Origin: an uncultured Lichenihabitans sp.
Lineage (GTDB): Bacteria > Pseudomonadota > Alphaproteobacteria > Rhizobiales > Beijerinckiaceae
NCBI GenBank assembly: GCA_964242785.1
Contig: CAXTBR010000017.1
Coordinates: forward strand, 1,615 to 65,614
Length of the DNA: 64,000 bases
Direction of reading: 5' to 3'
Shown here: piece after piece, positions 1-9,783 of the stretch
Layout: the number at the start of each line of letters is the position of its first letter
Position numbering within the stretch: the stretch's first letter is position 1
Translations under genes and position numbers: made by a program
The notes under the pieces: generated by a model
What the model saw: the letters and a program-made list of their open reading frames with translations, nothing else
Told to the model about the DNA's origin: nothing
The model's database searches: none

Positions 1-805
1 GGTCGAACCGGCCCATCATCACCACCGGCCACTCGACGAGGCCCGACACCTCCGCCAGCAGGGCCTCGTCCTCCACCACCTCCAGCCCGCCCGCGAAGGC
101 GAGGTCGCGGGCGTCGTGGCGGATGATGTCGGCGCGGCGGCCGGCATCGAGCACCACGCGGGCGGCCTCCAGCGCGGGGGCGTAATCGTCGAAGCGCTTC
201 ACCCGAATCGGCCCCGGCGCCATGAAGCGGTGGCCGCGCGTCTCGTCGCCGGACGCGACGCCGTCGACCGCGAAACGCACGACCTCGGTCTCCTCGGTCT
301 CGGCCCCGAAGGTGCACAGGATGGACTGGAGCGGCCGCACCCAGCGCAGGGTGTCGGGCGCCGAGGATCCCCTGCCCCAGCGCATGCTCTTCGGCCAGGG
401 AAAGGCGCGGATCAGCCCCGGCATCAGAGCCGCGATCACGTCGGTCGTGGGCTGGCCGGGCTTCTCGATGACGGCCGCGTAGAAGCGGCCCTTCTTGGGG
501 TCCTCGATCACCTTGGCCCCATCGATCGACGACAGGCCGGCGCCCTTGAGAAAACCCTGGAGGGCGCCCTCGGGCGCGCCGACGCGCGGGCCGCGGCGCT
601 CCTCGCGGGTGTCGGGCTGGCGGGGCGGCAGGCCGGCGACGTGGAGGGCGAGGCGGCGCGGGGTCGCGAAGCCCTGAGCGCCCTCGTAGAGCAGGCCGGC
701 CGCCACCAGCGCGTCGGTGACGAGGCGCTTCAGGTCGGCCGCGGCCTGGGCCTGCATGCGGGCGGGGATCTCTTCGGAGAACAGTTCGAGCAGGAGGTCG
801 GGCAT
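1..805 (-). CDS. glyS: Glycine-tRNA ligase beta subunit (5' part; runs off the window start)
   Basis: Manual translation from ATG at 805: [33 protein letters not shown]...FATPRRL, the typical GlyS N-terminus; lies downstream of glyQ. Confidence 0.95.
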   Translation of the reverse strand, partial: MPDLLLELFSEEIPARMQAQAAADLKRLVTDALVAAGLLYEGAQGFATPRRLALHVAGLPPRQPDTREERRGPRVGAPEGALQGFLKGAGLSSIDGAKVIEDPKKGRFYAAVIEKPGQPTTDVIAALMPGLIRAFPWPKSMRWGRGSSAPDTLRWVRPLQSILCTFGAETEETEVVRFAVDGVASGDETRGHRFMAPGPIRVKRFDDYAPALEAARVVLDAGRRADIIRHDARDLAFAGGLEVVEDEALLAEVSGLVEWPVVMMGRFD

Positions 806-832
806 GGGGATCTTCGAAGGCCGCGGCTGAGG

Positions 833-1219
833 TCAGACGCGCTGGATGGGGCCGGGATAGCGCAGGATCGTGAAGTCGGCAGTGACGAGGGTGATGCCCT
901 CGACCGTGGCCTGCGCGATCAGCAGGCGGTCGAAGGGATCCTTGTGGATCGGCGGCAACGACACGGTCGCCAGAGCATGGTGTGCCGTCACATCCAGTTC
1001 GGAATAGCCGTTGTCGAGCAAGCCCCGACGCAGGACGCGCGGGTCGAGCTGGAACTCGGGCCGGCGGAGTGCGAATTTGATCGCCACCTCCCAGAGGGAT
1101 GCGACGCTGAAGACCACGTCGTTATCGGCGTCGCCCATCAGGGCCAGCGCCGCAGCGGAGAGTTCGGGCGATCCATCGGCCAGCCACACCAGAAGGTAGG
1201 TGTCGGGAAGCAGCCTCAC
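833..1219 (-). CDS. vapC: PIN-domain VapC-family toxin
   Basis: 128 aa with PIN acidic motifs: LLxDT, SLWEVAIK, HKDPFDRLLIAQA, LVTAD; 4-bp overlap with upstream antitoxin. Confidence 0.9.
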   Translation of the reverse strand: MRLLPDTYLLVWLADGSPELSAAALALMGDADNDVVFSVASLWEVAIKFALRRPEFQLDPRVLRRGLLDNGYSELDVTAHHALATVSLPPIHKDPFDRLLIAQATVEGITLVTADFTILRYPGPIQRV

Positions 1220-1464
1220 TCCTTCGGGCCGTCGAACATCTCCTCGATCTCCTCTCGGCCGAATGCCTTGATGTCATCGGGGATCGCGTAGACGCCCTTC
1301 AGGAAACCGATGCGATTCTTCGGTCTATCTGTCGACGCATCGAGCGGCACGACCTTGACCATCGGCTTGCCCGCCTTGGCGATGACGAAGGGCTCGCCGT
1401 TGGCCGCCCTGTCCACGAGTTTCGACAGGTGGGTCTTCACCTCGTGGATGTTGAAGGTCTCCAT
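1216..1464 (-). CDS. Phd/YefM-family antitoxin
   Basis: 82 aa METFNIHEVKTHLSKLVDRAANGEPFVIAKAGKPMVKVVPL, the classic Phd N-terminal DNA-binding fold; SD-like GGGAGAGGG upstream. Confidence 0.9.
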   Translation of the reverse strand: METFNIHEVKTHLSKLVDRAANGEPFVIAKAGKPMVKVVPLDASTDRPKNRIGFLKGVYAIPDDIKAFGREEIEEMFDGPKE

Positions 1465-1481
1465 GTCCCTCTCCCGCGGAC

Positions 1482-1587
1482 CTAAGCAGATTTCGGGAGA
1501 GCGTCACACGCTCTTCCGATCAAAACCTGCGACAAAACAAGAATCTCGGCAGACAAAGCGTTGGCTTTCCAACGCAAGTCCGCTCAG
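1482..1587. repeat. Two-hairpin intergenic palindromic element (family C, BRU-RS/RIME-like), copy 1
   Basis: CTAAGCAGATT...AACCTGC outer stem enclosing TCGGGAGAGCGT/ACGCTCTTCCGA, an A-rich spacer GACAAAACAAGAATCT, then a second hairpin GCGTTGG/CCAACGC ending GCTCAG; same layout as 43776-43864. Confidence 0.6.
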
Positions 1588-2579
1588 TCCGGCGTCGATG
1601 AGCCCGCAAGTTCGCGAGGAGCGCCACCGCCCTCGGTCCGGAGCCACGCGGCCCCGCAGGCCTTGGCGAGCTCGCGCACGCGCAGGATGTAGCTCTGCCG
1701 CTCGGTGACCGAGATGACCCCACGGGCGTCGAGCAGGTTGAACAGGTGCGAGGCCTTGATGGTCTGGTCGTAGGCCGGCAGGGCGAGCCGGTGCCGGCCG
1801 CCGGGCTCGTCCGGCGCACCCTTGTCCAACAGCGCGCGCGCCTCGCCCTCGGCGTCCTTGAAGTGCTGGAACAGCAGGGCCGTATCGGCATATTCGAAAT
1901 TGAAACGCGAATATTCCTGCTCGGCCTGAAGGAAGACGTCGCCGTAGGAGATGCGGGCCTCGCCGTCGAGCCCGTTGAAGTTGAGGTCGTAGACGTTCTC
2001 GACGCCCTGCACGTACATGGCGAGCCGCTCCAGCCCGTAGGTCAGCTCCCCCGACACGGGCGAGCATTCGATCCCCGCGACCTGCTGGAAGTAGGTGAAC
2101 TGCGACACCTCCATCCCGTCGCACCAGCATTCCCAGCCGAGGCCCCAGGCCCCGAGCGTCGGGCTCTCCCAATCGTCCTCGACGAAGCGGATGTCGTGCA
2201 GCGCGAGGTCGACGCCGATGGCGGCGAGCGAGCGGAGGTAGAGGTCCTGGAGGTCGGGGGGGGACGGCTTCAGGATGGCCTGGAACTGGTAATAATGCTG
2301 CAGCCGGTTGGGGTTCTCGCCGTAGCGCCCGTCCTTCGGGCGGCGCGAGGGCTGCACGTAGGCGGCGCGCCAGGGCTTGGGCCCGAGCGAGCGCAGCGTC
2401 GTGGCCGGATGGAACGTGCCGGCCCCGACCTCCATGTCATAGGGCTGCAGCACCACGCAGCCCTGCCCGGCCCAGAAGCGCTGGAGGGCGAGGATCAAGC
2501 CCTGGAAGCTGCGGCGCGGGTCGAGCGCGGGCTCCGGCGGGGCCGAGGCGGCGTGAGGGTCGGCTGCGGTCTGTGTCAC
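1584..2579 (-). CDS. glyQ: Glycine-tRNA ligase alpha subunit
   Basis: [60 protein letters not shown]; GTG start at 2579 is a best guess (C-terminal part of ORF 1584..6998). Confidence 0.95.
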   Translation of the reverse strand: MTQTAADPHAASAPPEPALDPRRSFQGLILALQRFWAGQGCVVLQPYDMEVGAGTFHPATTLRSLGPKPWRAAYVQPSRRPKDGRYGENPNRLQHYYQFQAILKPSPPDLQDLYLRSLAAIGVDLALHDIRFVEDDWESPTLGAWGLGWECWCDGMEVSQFTYFQQVAGIECSPVSGELTYGLERLAMYVQGVENVYDLNFNGLDGEARISYGDVFLQAEQEYSRFNFEYADTALLFQHFKDAEGEARALLDKGAPDEPGGRHRLALPAYDQTIKASHLFNLLDARGVISVTERQSYILRVRELAKACGAAWLRTEGGGAPRELAGSSTPD

Positions 2580-2677
2580 CGGCGTGCTGTTCCGATCGAA
2601 AGGTCTCGCGGTGCCAGTAGCATGCCGGCGCGTCCCGCCGCCACCCGCGCGCGGGACGCCACGCCCGTCATGCCTTG

Positions 2678-2766
2678 GGGCCCCGAGGGAGATCGGTGCT
2701 TCGTTTTCGAGGCTGGGCCGAGAGGCGAATGCCCCTCCACCGAAGCAGTGATCTCCGGGGGAGCCC
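2678..2766. mobile_element. 89-bp MITE-like element (family A), degenerate copy 1
   Basis: GGGCCCC...GATCGGTGCTTCG...CCGAGAGGCGAA...CGAAGCAGTGATC...GGGAGCCC; same length and core as copies at 13673 and 23503; flanks TTG/CGA do not form a duplication. Confidence 0.7.
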
Positions 2767-2924
2767 CGAGCCACGCTCGGGCACCGGTTGACTCCGCCTC
2801 CGCGGCTGCGCCACACGGGCGGAGGGGCCACCCGCGCCCGCCGACGGTCACCACCCCCGGCCGTCAGCGCCGTCCTTCGCACGAGGCAGGATCCGGCCGT
2901 CCTCCAACGGTCCGAGGTCCCCGG

Positions 2925-4247
2925 ATGATCGTCTCGCTGCTGTTCACGCGCCGCTTCGCGCCGCTGTTCTGGAGCCAGTTCTTCTCGGCCTTCAACGAGA
3001 ACCTGGTCCGCAACATGCTGGCCATGATCATCCTGTTCAAGGTCGGGGCCGAACAGGCGGGCCCGCTCGTCACGCTGGCGCTCGCGGCCTTCATCCTGCC
3101 CTCCGTGGTCCTGTCGGGGGTCGGGGGCCAGCTCGCGGACGGCCACGACAAGGCCCGGGTGGCGCGGTGGCTCAAGCTCGCCGAGATGGGCGTGCAGGTC
3201 GTCGCCGCCCTGGGCTACTGGTTCGATTCCATCGCGGCGCTCTACGCCGCGCTGTTCCTGCTCGGGCTCATCGCGACGCTCTATACACCCATCAAATACG
3301 GCATCCTGCCCGACCATCTGCACCGCGACGAGCTCACCGCCGGCAACGCCCTCGTGGAGGGCGCAGGCTTCGTGGCCATCCTGCTCGGCCTCGCGGCGGG
3401 CGGGTTGACGGGGCTCGACGGCATCCCGAAGCCGCTCGTGGTGACGGAACTCGTCGTCGTGGCGGTGGCCTGCCTCGTCTCCACCTGGTTCATCCCGACG
3501 GCGCCGGCGGGGGCACCGAACCTGCGCATCTCCCGCAACCCCTTCGCCTCCACCTTCGCGCTGATCGGCGACCTGCGCCGCGACCCGCGCCTGTGGGTGG
3601 GTGGGCTCGGGTCGAGCTGGTTCTGGCTCAGCGGCTCGGTGTCGCTGGTGCTGGTGCCCGTCGTGGTGAAGCAGAGGATCGGCGCCGGCGTGGAGGTCGA
3701 GACCGCCATCAGCCTGTTCTTCGCGGTCGGGGTCGGCATCGGCTCGCTGCTGGCCGGCTGGCTGGCGCGGGGTCGCATCGTGCTCCGGCACGCGCCCTGG
3801 TCGGTCGCCGCCATGGGGGTCTTCCTCATCGACGCCGGCTGGGCCACCTCGGTCATCGGCGAGGCCCACGACCAGCTCTCGCTCTCCGCCTTCCTGCACA
3901 GCGGCACGGGGCTGCGGCTGGTCCTCGACCTGATGGGCCTCGCCTGCGCGGGCGGGCTCTTCTCCGTGCCGGTCTTCTCCGCCGTCCAGGCCTGGGCGGC
4001 ACCGGAGCGCCGCGCCCGGGTGGTGGCGGGCGTGGGCGTGCTCAACGCCCTCTTCATGATGGTCGGCGCCACCCTGACGGCCCTGCTGCAGTCGCCCGTC
4101 ATCGGCGTGCCCAACCCCGCGCTGCTGCTGGTGCTCGGCGTCGCGAACCTCGGCGCCGCGGTGTTTTTCCACCGCCGCCTGCCGGATCCCGACGCCGCCG
4201 CACCCGTTGTCCACCCCGAGGACGCCGTCGTCCCGGCGGGCGAGTGA
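2925..4247 (+). CDS. MFS transporter, LplT/Aas N-terminal-domain-like
   Basis: [49 protein letters not shown]...GNALVEG, typical of the MFS domain of Aas; about 12 hydrophobic segments. Confidence 0.8.
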   Translation: MIVSLLFTRRFAPLFWSQFFSAFNENLVRNMLAMIILFKVGAEQAGPLVTLALAAFILPSVVLSGVGGQLADGHDKARVARWLKLAEMGVQVVAALGYWFDSIAALYAALFLLGLIATLYTPIKYGILPDHLHRDELTAGNALVEGAGFVAILLGLAAGGLTGLDGIPKPLVVTELVVVAVACLVSTWFIPTAPAGAPNLRISRNPFASTFALIGDLRRDPRLWVGGLGSSWFWLSGSVSLVLVPVVVKQRIGAGVEVETAISLFFAVGVGIGSLLAGWLARGRIVLRHAPWSVAAMGVFLIDAGWATSVIGEAHDQLSLSAFLHSGTGLRLVLDLMGLACAGGLFSVPVFSAVQAWAAPERRARVVAGVGVLNALFMMVGATLTALLQSPVIGVPNPALLLVLGVANLGAAVFFHRRLPDPDAAAPVVHPEDAVVPAGE

Positions 4248-4295
4248 CCGGCGGACCGCGGCGTCTCCCCTCCGCGACCTGAACGGGACACGCCG

Positions 4296-6938
4296 ATGCG
4301 CAGCGACCAAGGCCAGCCGATCCGCCTCGCCGACTATCGGGTGCCGGATCACCTGATCGACGCCGTCGCGCTCGACATCCTGCTCCACCCGACGGCGACG
4401 CGGATCAGATCCGTGCTGCGGATGCGGCCGAACCCGAAGGGGCGCGAGGGGGCGCCGCTGGTGCTCGACGGGGACGGGCTGGTGGCGACCGCCGTGGCGC
4501 TCGACGGCGAGGCCCTCGACCTCGCCTCCGGCCTCGCGGCGCCCGACCGCCTGACGATCGCCGAGCCGCCGCGGCGGGCCTTCGCCCTCACGGTCGAGAC
4601 GGTGCTCGACCCCTCGGCCAACACGGCGCTGATGGGGCTCTACCGGTCGGGCTCGGCCTATTGCACGCAATGCGAGGCGGAGGGCTTCCGCCGCATCACC
4701 TATTACCTCGACCGCCCCGACGTGCTGGCGGTCTTCACCACGCGGATCGAGGGCAGCGTGGAGGAGGCGCCGGTGCTGCTCGGCAACGGCAATCCGGTCG
4801 AGGCCGGCGCCGTGCCGGGCACGGACCGGCATTACGCCGTGTGGCACGACCCTCATCCCAAGCCCGCCTACCTCTTCGCCGTGGTGGGCGGCCGCCTCGA
4901 CGTGCTGAAGGACGAGATCACGACGAGCGAGGGGCGGCACGTCGACCTCGCCATCTACGTCGAGCCCGGCAAGGCCGCCCAGGCGACCTACGCCATGGAC
5001 GCGCTGAAGCGCTCCATGCGCTGGGACGAGGAGGTGTTCGGCCGCGCCTACGACCTCGACGTGTTCAACATCGTCGCGGTGTCGGACTTCAACATGGGCG
5101 CCATGGAGAACAAGGGGCTCAACGTCTTCAACGACAAATACGTGCTCGCCTCCCCGGAGCTCGCGACCGACAGCGACTACGCCGGGATCGAGACGGTGAT
5201 CGCCCACGAGTATTTCCACAATTGGACCGGCAACCGCATCACCTGCCGCGACTGGTTCCAGTTGAGCCTCAAGGAGGGGCTGACGGTCTTCCGCGACCAC
5301 GAGTTCTCGGGCGACCAGCGCTCCCGCGCCGTGAAGCGGATCGCCGACGTGCGCGCCCTGCGGGCCCGCCAGTTCGCCGAGGACGGCGGGCCGCTCGCGC
5401 ACAGCGTGCGGCCGGAGAGCTACACGGAGATCAACAACTTCTACACGGCGACGATCTACGAGAAGGGCGCCGAGATCATCCGCATGTACCGCACCCTCGT
5501 GGGGCCGGCGGCCTTCGACCGCGGCATGCAGCTCTACTTCGAGCGGTTCGACGGCACGGCCGCGACCGTCGAGGACTTCCTCGGCTGCTTCGCCGAGAGC
5601 TCCGGCCGCGACCTCACGCAGTTCTTCCGCTGGTACGTCCAGGCCGGCACGCCGCGCGTCGAGGCCGCGACCCGCTACGACGCCGCGACCCGCCGCCTGA
5701 CGCTCGACCTCAGGCAGTCGGCCGCCCCGACCCCGGGCCAGCCCGACAAGCAGCCCTTCGTGGTGCCGCTGAGCTTCGGGCTCGTGGCGCCGGGGGGTGC
5801 GCCCCAGCCGGTGCGGACCGGGGAGGCCGACGGCCTGTCGGACGTCGAGCTCGGCCACGACGTGATCGAGCTCAGCACTCCGGAGCGCCGGGTGGTGTTC
5901 GAGGACGTGGCGCCCGGCACCATCCCGTCGCTGCTGCGCGGCTTCTCGGCGCCCGTGCGCCTCGTCACGGATGCCAGCGACGCCGATCTCGTGACGCTGA
6001 TGACGCATGACGAGGATCCCTTCAACCGGTGGGAGGCGGCCCAGACCGTCCTGACGCGGCTGGTGCTCGACGGCGTGCGCGGCGGCAACGCCAACCCCGC
6101 GGCCCTCGGGCAGGCGCTGGCCGCGGTGGTGCGGAGCGGCGCCGTCGATCCGGCCTTCGCGGCCCAGGTGCTCGCGCTCCCGGCCGAGGGCGACCTCGCC
6201 CGCGAGATCGGGCGGGACGTCGATCCCGCGGCGGTGCACGGCGCGCGCGAACGGGTCCGGGCCGCGATCGGCACGATGCTCGGCGACGCGCTCCGGGCCG
6301 TCCACGCGGGGGGCCGGGAGGCCGGCCCCTACGCGCCCGATGCCGCGGGCGCGGGCGGGCGGGCCTTCCGCAACACGGCGCTGGCGCTCCTGGCGGCCGG
6401 CGATCCCGCGGTCGGCGGCCCCCTGGCGGAGGACCAGTTCGACCGCGCCGACAACATGACCGACCGCCTGGCGGCGTTGGCCGTCCTGACCCTGATCCCG
6501 GGCGCGGCGCGGGAGGCCGCGCTCGACCGCTTCTACGAGGACTTCAAGGCCGAGCCGCTGGTGGTCGACAAATGGTTCGCCCTCCAGGCGTCCATCCCCG
6601 AGGATGGGACGGTCGAGCGCGTGCGGCGGCTGATGACCCACGCGGCCTTCTCCATGGCGGTGCCGAACCGCGTCTACGCGCTGATCGGGGCTTTCGGCGC
6701 CAACCCAACGCAGTTCAACCGGGCGGACGGCGCCGGCTACGACCTCGTCGCGGAGGTGGTGCTGGCGCTCGACGGCAAGAACCCGCAGGTGGCGGCACGC
6801 ATGCTCAACGCCTTCCGCTCGTGGCGCCTCATGGAGCCCGTCCGCCGGGGCCGGGCCGAGGCGGCGCTGAGGCGGATCGCGCTGCAGCCGGCCCTGTCGG
6901 CCGACGTGCGCGACATCGCGAATCGATCGCTGGGTTGA
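4296..6938 (+). CDS. pepN: Aminopeptidase N (M1 family)
   Basis: [51 protein letters not shown] (HExxH..E). Confidence 0.97.
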   Translation: MRSDQGQPIRLADYRVPDHLIDAVALDILLHPTATRIRSVLRMRPNPKGREGAPLVLDGDGLVATAVALDGEALDLASGLAAPDRLTIAEPPRRAFALTVETVLDPSANTALMGLYRSGSAYCTQCEAEGFRRITYYLDRPDVLAVFTTRIEGSVEEAPVLLGNGNPVEAGAVPGTDRHYAVWHDPHPKPAYLFAVVGGRLDVLKDEITTSEGRHVDLAIYVEPGKAAQATYAMDALKRSMRWDEEVFGRAYDLDVFNIVAVSDFNMGAMENKGLNVFNDKYVLASPELATDSDYAGIETVIAHEYFHNWTGNRITCRDWFQLSLKEGLTVFRDHEFSGDQRSRAVKRIADVRALRARQFAEDGGPLAHSVRPESYTEINNFYTATIYEKGAEIIRMYRTLVGPAAFDRGMQLYFERFDGTAATVEDFLGCFAESSGRDLTQFFRWYVQAGTPRVEAATRYDAATRRLTLDLRQSAAPTPGQPDKQPFVVPLSFGLVAPGGAPQPVRTGEADGLSDVELGHDVIELSTPERRVVFEDVAPGTIPSLLRGFSAPVRLVTDASDADLVTLMTHDEDPFNRWEAAQTVLTRLVLDGVRGGNANPAALGQALAAVVRSGAVDPAFAAQVLALPAEGDLAREIGRDVDPAAVHGARERVRAAIGTMLGDALRAVHAGGREAGPYAPDAAGAGGRAFRNTALALLAAGDPAVGGPLAEDQFDRADNMTDRLAALAVLTLIPGAAREAALDRFYEDFKAEPLVVDKWFALQASIPEDGTVERVRRLMTHAAFSMAVPNRVYALIGAFGANPTQFNRADGAGYDLVAEVVLALDGKNPQVAARMLNAFRSWRLMEPVRRGRAEAALRRIALQPALSADVRDIANRSLG

Positions 6939-7122
6939 GGGGGCGCCCGGGGCGCGGCCGTCGGGGCGTCGCCCATATCGTTTCGGGGCGGAAATCAAGC
7001 GAACTTTTCGATCCGTTCACCAATGTGTTTGTGGACAGATCGGTATCCTCCGCTCCACATTGCGGGCGGATCGGGAGATGCGGCACGTCCCCCTGTCCGA
7101 CCGTGAGACGAGGGGACGATCG

Positions 7123-9510
7123 ATGGCGCGTGCGAACGCGAGCGGCGGATCCGCGCGTGCGGGGACGTTGGGGGGACTCGCCCGGGCTTTGACGCAGCCG
7201 GGCCACCTGCGGATGGCCGAATACGAACCGTGGCTGCGCCGCCTCGTGCCTTTTCTGGTGGCGGTGTTCATGCTCGTCCTGGCGGCCGGCGCCGCGTTCC
7301 AGTTCCGCGAGGCCCGCGACCGCGCCATCACCGACGCCATCGACGACCTCGAGATGGTGGCGACGCTGGCGGGCGACGAGATGAACGCCGCGCTGGCCCG
7401 GCGCCCCGGGCTCAAGCCCGCCGAGGCGCTGGAACAACTGCTCCCGGAGCGCGTCCTCGGCTCCGGCCGCCGCATCCTCCTCTCCGATCTCTCCGGCGAC
7501 GTCGTGGCGGCCCTGCCGCCGCTGGGCCCGCGGCGCCCGCTCGCCGATCTGCTCGGCCCGGCCCAGCCCCTGACGGTCTTCGCCGACAAGGCCGGGGTGC
7601 TGCGCATCGATCTCGCGGACGGGCAGGACGTGCTGGCCGCCGTGCGTCAGCTCAACGCGCCCTTCGGCCAGATCGCCGTCATCCACCCGGTCTCCGACCT
7701 CCTGTCCGGCTGGCGATCCGCCGCCTTCCGGTCCGGCTTCCTCCTGTTCTCGACGGCCTTCGTCCTGATCGTCATCGCGACCGCCTATTTCTGGCAGACC
7801 AACCGCGCCATCGAGGTCGAGGACGTCCACGCCCGCGTGCACGGCCGCATCGACACGGCGCTGAACCGGGGCCGCTGCGGGCTGTGGGACTGGGACCTCG
7901 CCCGCGGCCGCATCTACTGGTCGGCCTCGATGTACGCCATGCTGGGGATGGAGGCGCGCTCCGAGTTCATGTCCTTTGGCGAGGTCGACGCCCTGGTCCA
8001 CCCGCGCGACGGCGACCTGTCGCGGCTGGCCGAGATGGTGGCGGGGTCGAAGACCAACACGATCGACCACGTGTTCCGGCTGCGCAACGCGCGCGGCGCC
8101 TGGGTGTGGCTCCGCGCGCGAGCCGAACTCGTGCGCGAGGGCGCCGATGCGGAACTCCACCTCGTGGGCATCGCGGTCGACATCTCGGACGAGAAGCGCC
8201 TCGCCGAGCGCAACGCCACGGCCGACATGCGGCTGCGCGACGCGATCGAGGCCATCTCGGAGGCCTTCGTGCTGTGGGACGCCGACAACCGGCTCGTCAC
8301 CTGCAACACGAAGTTCCTCGCCCTCCACGAGCTCAAGCCCGACACGGTGAGGAGCGGCACGCCCTACAGCCAGCTCATCGCGGCCGCCACCCCGCCCCTC
8401 ATCCAGACCCAGATCTCGCTCGGCGAGAGCCCCCGCGGCGGAGCCCGCACCTACGAGGCGCAGCTCGGTGACGGCCGCTGGCTGCAGATCAACGAGCGGC
8501 GCACCCGGGACGGCGGCTACGTGTCGGTGGGGACCGACATCACGGCGCTGAAGCGCCACGAGGAGCAGCTCATGGACTCCGAGCGCCGCCTCATGGCGAC
8601 GATCGCGGACCTCCGCCGCTCGCGCCAGGTGCTCGAAACCCAGGCCCAGCAACTGGTCGTGCTGGCCGAGCACAATGCCGAGAAGCAGGCCGAAGCCGAG
8701 AGCGCCAACCGCGCCAAATCCGAGTTCCTGGCCAACATGAGCCACGAGCTCCGCACCCCGCTCAACGCCATCATCGGCTTCTCCGAGCTGATGGGCGCCG
8801 AAACCTTCGGCCCGCTCGGGTCCGACAGATACGTCGGCTACGCCGGCGACATCGCGACGAGCGGCCGCTACCTGCTCGACGTGATCTCCGACGTCCTGGA
8901 GATGGCCCGGCTCGAAGCCGGGCGCGTGCGGATCGAGCCCCGGCGGATGGACGCGGGCGACGCGCTGCGCTCGGCCTTCGCCACCATGGCCCAGGCCGCC
9001 TCCGACAAGTCCGTCGCCCTGATGGCCGACGTCGACCCGCGGACGGCACTCCACGCGGACGCCCGCGCGCTCGACAAGATCGTGGCGGCGCTGCTCAGCA
9101 ACGCCGTGAAGTTCGCGGGCGACGGGGGGCAGGTCGGGGTACGGGTCAGGCCCGCGGGGGGCGGCACCAACCTCTTCATCGAGGACGACGGCATCGGCAT
9201 CGCGCCCGCGGCCCTCTCGGCCATCGGCCGGCCTTTCACCCAGTCCGGGGCCGCGATGAGGGACGGCATGAGGGGCTCGGGCCTCGGCCTCGCCATCGCG
9301 CGGTCCCTGGCCGAGATGCACGGCGGCTCGCTGCGCATCCGCTCCCGCCTCGGGCGCGGCACCATCGTCATGGTCCACCTGCCCGGCCCGCGTCCCGAGG
9401 CACGAACGGACGCGCCGCAACCCGCCCAGGCGCGGCCGCTCGCCACGCCCGCGCCGCCGGCCGCCCCAGCCCTCCGCGCTGCGCGGATCGTCGAGGAACC
9501 GGTCGCCTGA
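7123..9510 (+). CDS. pleC: PAS-domain sensor histidine kinase, PleC-like
   Basis: Two TM segments, PAS domains (GLWDWDLARGRIYWS; FVLWDADNRLVTCN), H-box EFLANMSHELRTPLNAIIGFSE, HATPase boxes; N-terminus and pepN adjacency match rhizobial pleC as recalled. Confidence 0.75.
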   Translation: MARANASGGSARAGTLGGLARALTQPGHLRMAEYEPWLRRLVPFLVAVFMLVLAAGAAFQFREARDRAITDAIDDLEMVATLAGDEMNAALARRPGLKPAEALEQLLPERVLGSGRRILLSDLSGDVVAALPPLGPRRPLADLLGPAQPLTVFADKAGVLRIDLADGQDVLAAVRQLNAPFGQIAVIHPVSDLLSGWRSAAFRSGFLLFSTAFVLIVIATAYFWQTNRAIEVEDVHARVHGRIDTALNRGRCGLWDWDLARGRIYWSASMYAMLGMEARSEFMSFGEVDALVHPRDGDLSRLAEMVAGSKTNTIDHVFRLRNARGAWVWLRARAELVREGADAELHLVGIAVDISDEKRLAERNATADMRLRDAIEAISEAFVLWDADNRLVTCNTKFLALHELKPDTVRSGTPYSQLIAAATPPLIQTQISLGESPRGGARTYEAQLGDGRWLQINERRTRDGGYVSVGTDITALKRHEEQLMDSERRLMATIADLRRSRQVLETQAQQLVVLAEHNAEKQAEAESANRAKSEFLANMSHELRTPLNAIIGFSELMGAETFGPLGSDRYVGYAGDIATSGRYLLDVISDVLEMARLEAGRVRIEPRRMDAGDALRSAFATMAQAASDKSVALMADVDPRTALHADARALDKIVAALLSNAVKFAGDGGQVGVRVRPAGGGTNLFIEDDGIGIAPAALSAIGRPFTQSGAAMRDGMRGSGLGLAIARSLAEMHGGSLRIRSRLGRGTIVMVHLPGPRPEARTDAPQPAQARPLATPAPPAAPALRAARIVEEPVA

Positions 9511-9561
9511 GCGCCGCTTGCCGATGAGGCAGCCGGGTAGCAGTTCTCCTTCCGCGTGAGG

Positions 9562-9779
9562 CTGGCGTCGGCACACATACATCTCGGCGCCCGCGGGGGT
9601 TGCCCTTCTCCCCAGCGGGGAGAAGGTGGCGCGCAGCGCCGGATGAGGGCAGATCCATCCACCACCTGTGGCAGCTCCCCTCATCCGCCCTGATCGCAGC
9701 TTCGCCGCGACGGGCATCTCTCCCGCAAGCGGGGAGAAGGAGGCAAACCCCCGGCGTCAGCCATGTGTGCCAACGCTAG
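9562..9779. repeat. 218-bp composite palindromic element with 17-bp terminal inverted repeats (family B, CIR-like core), copy 1
   Basis: Ends CTGGCGTCGGCACACAT / ATGTGTGCCAACGCTAG; inner inverted arms CTTCTCCCCAGCGGGGAGAAGG...CCGGATGAGGG and CCCTCATCCG...GCGGGGAGAAGG; second copy at 60561-60787. Confidence 0.85.
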
Positions 9780-9783
9780 GAAA

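Noticed and set aside
833-1219. VapC pseudogenisation suggested by the unusual LLPDTY start (usually LLLDTH)
   Set aside because: All expected acidic PIN residues and full length are retained, so there is no evidence of inactivation.
2580-6998. 1804-aa minus-strand ORF 1584..6998
   Set aside because: Only the last 331 codons are GlyQ; the rest is the stop-free antisense shadow of the MFS gene and pepN, expected from high-GC codon bias.
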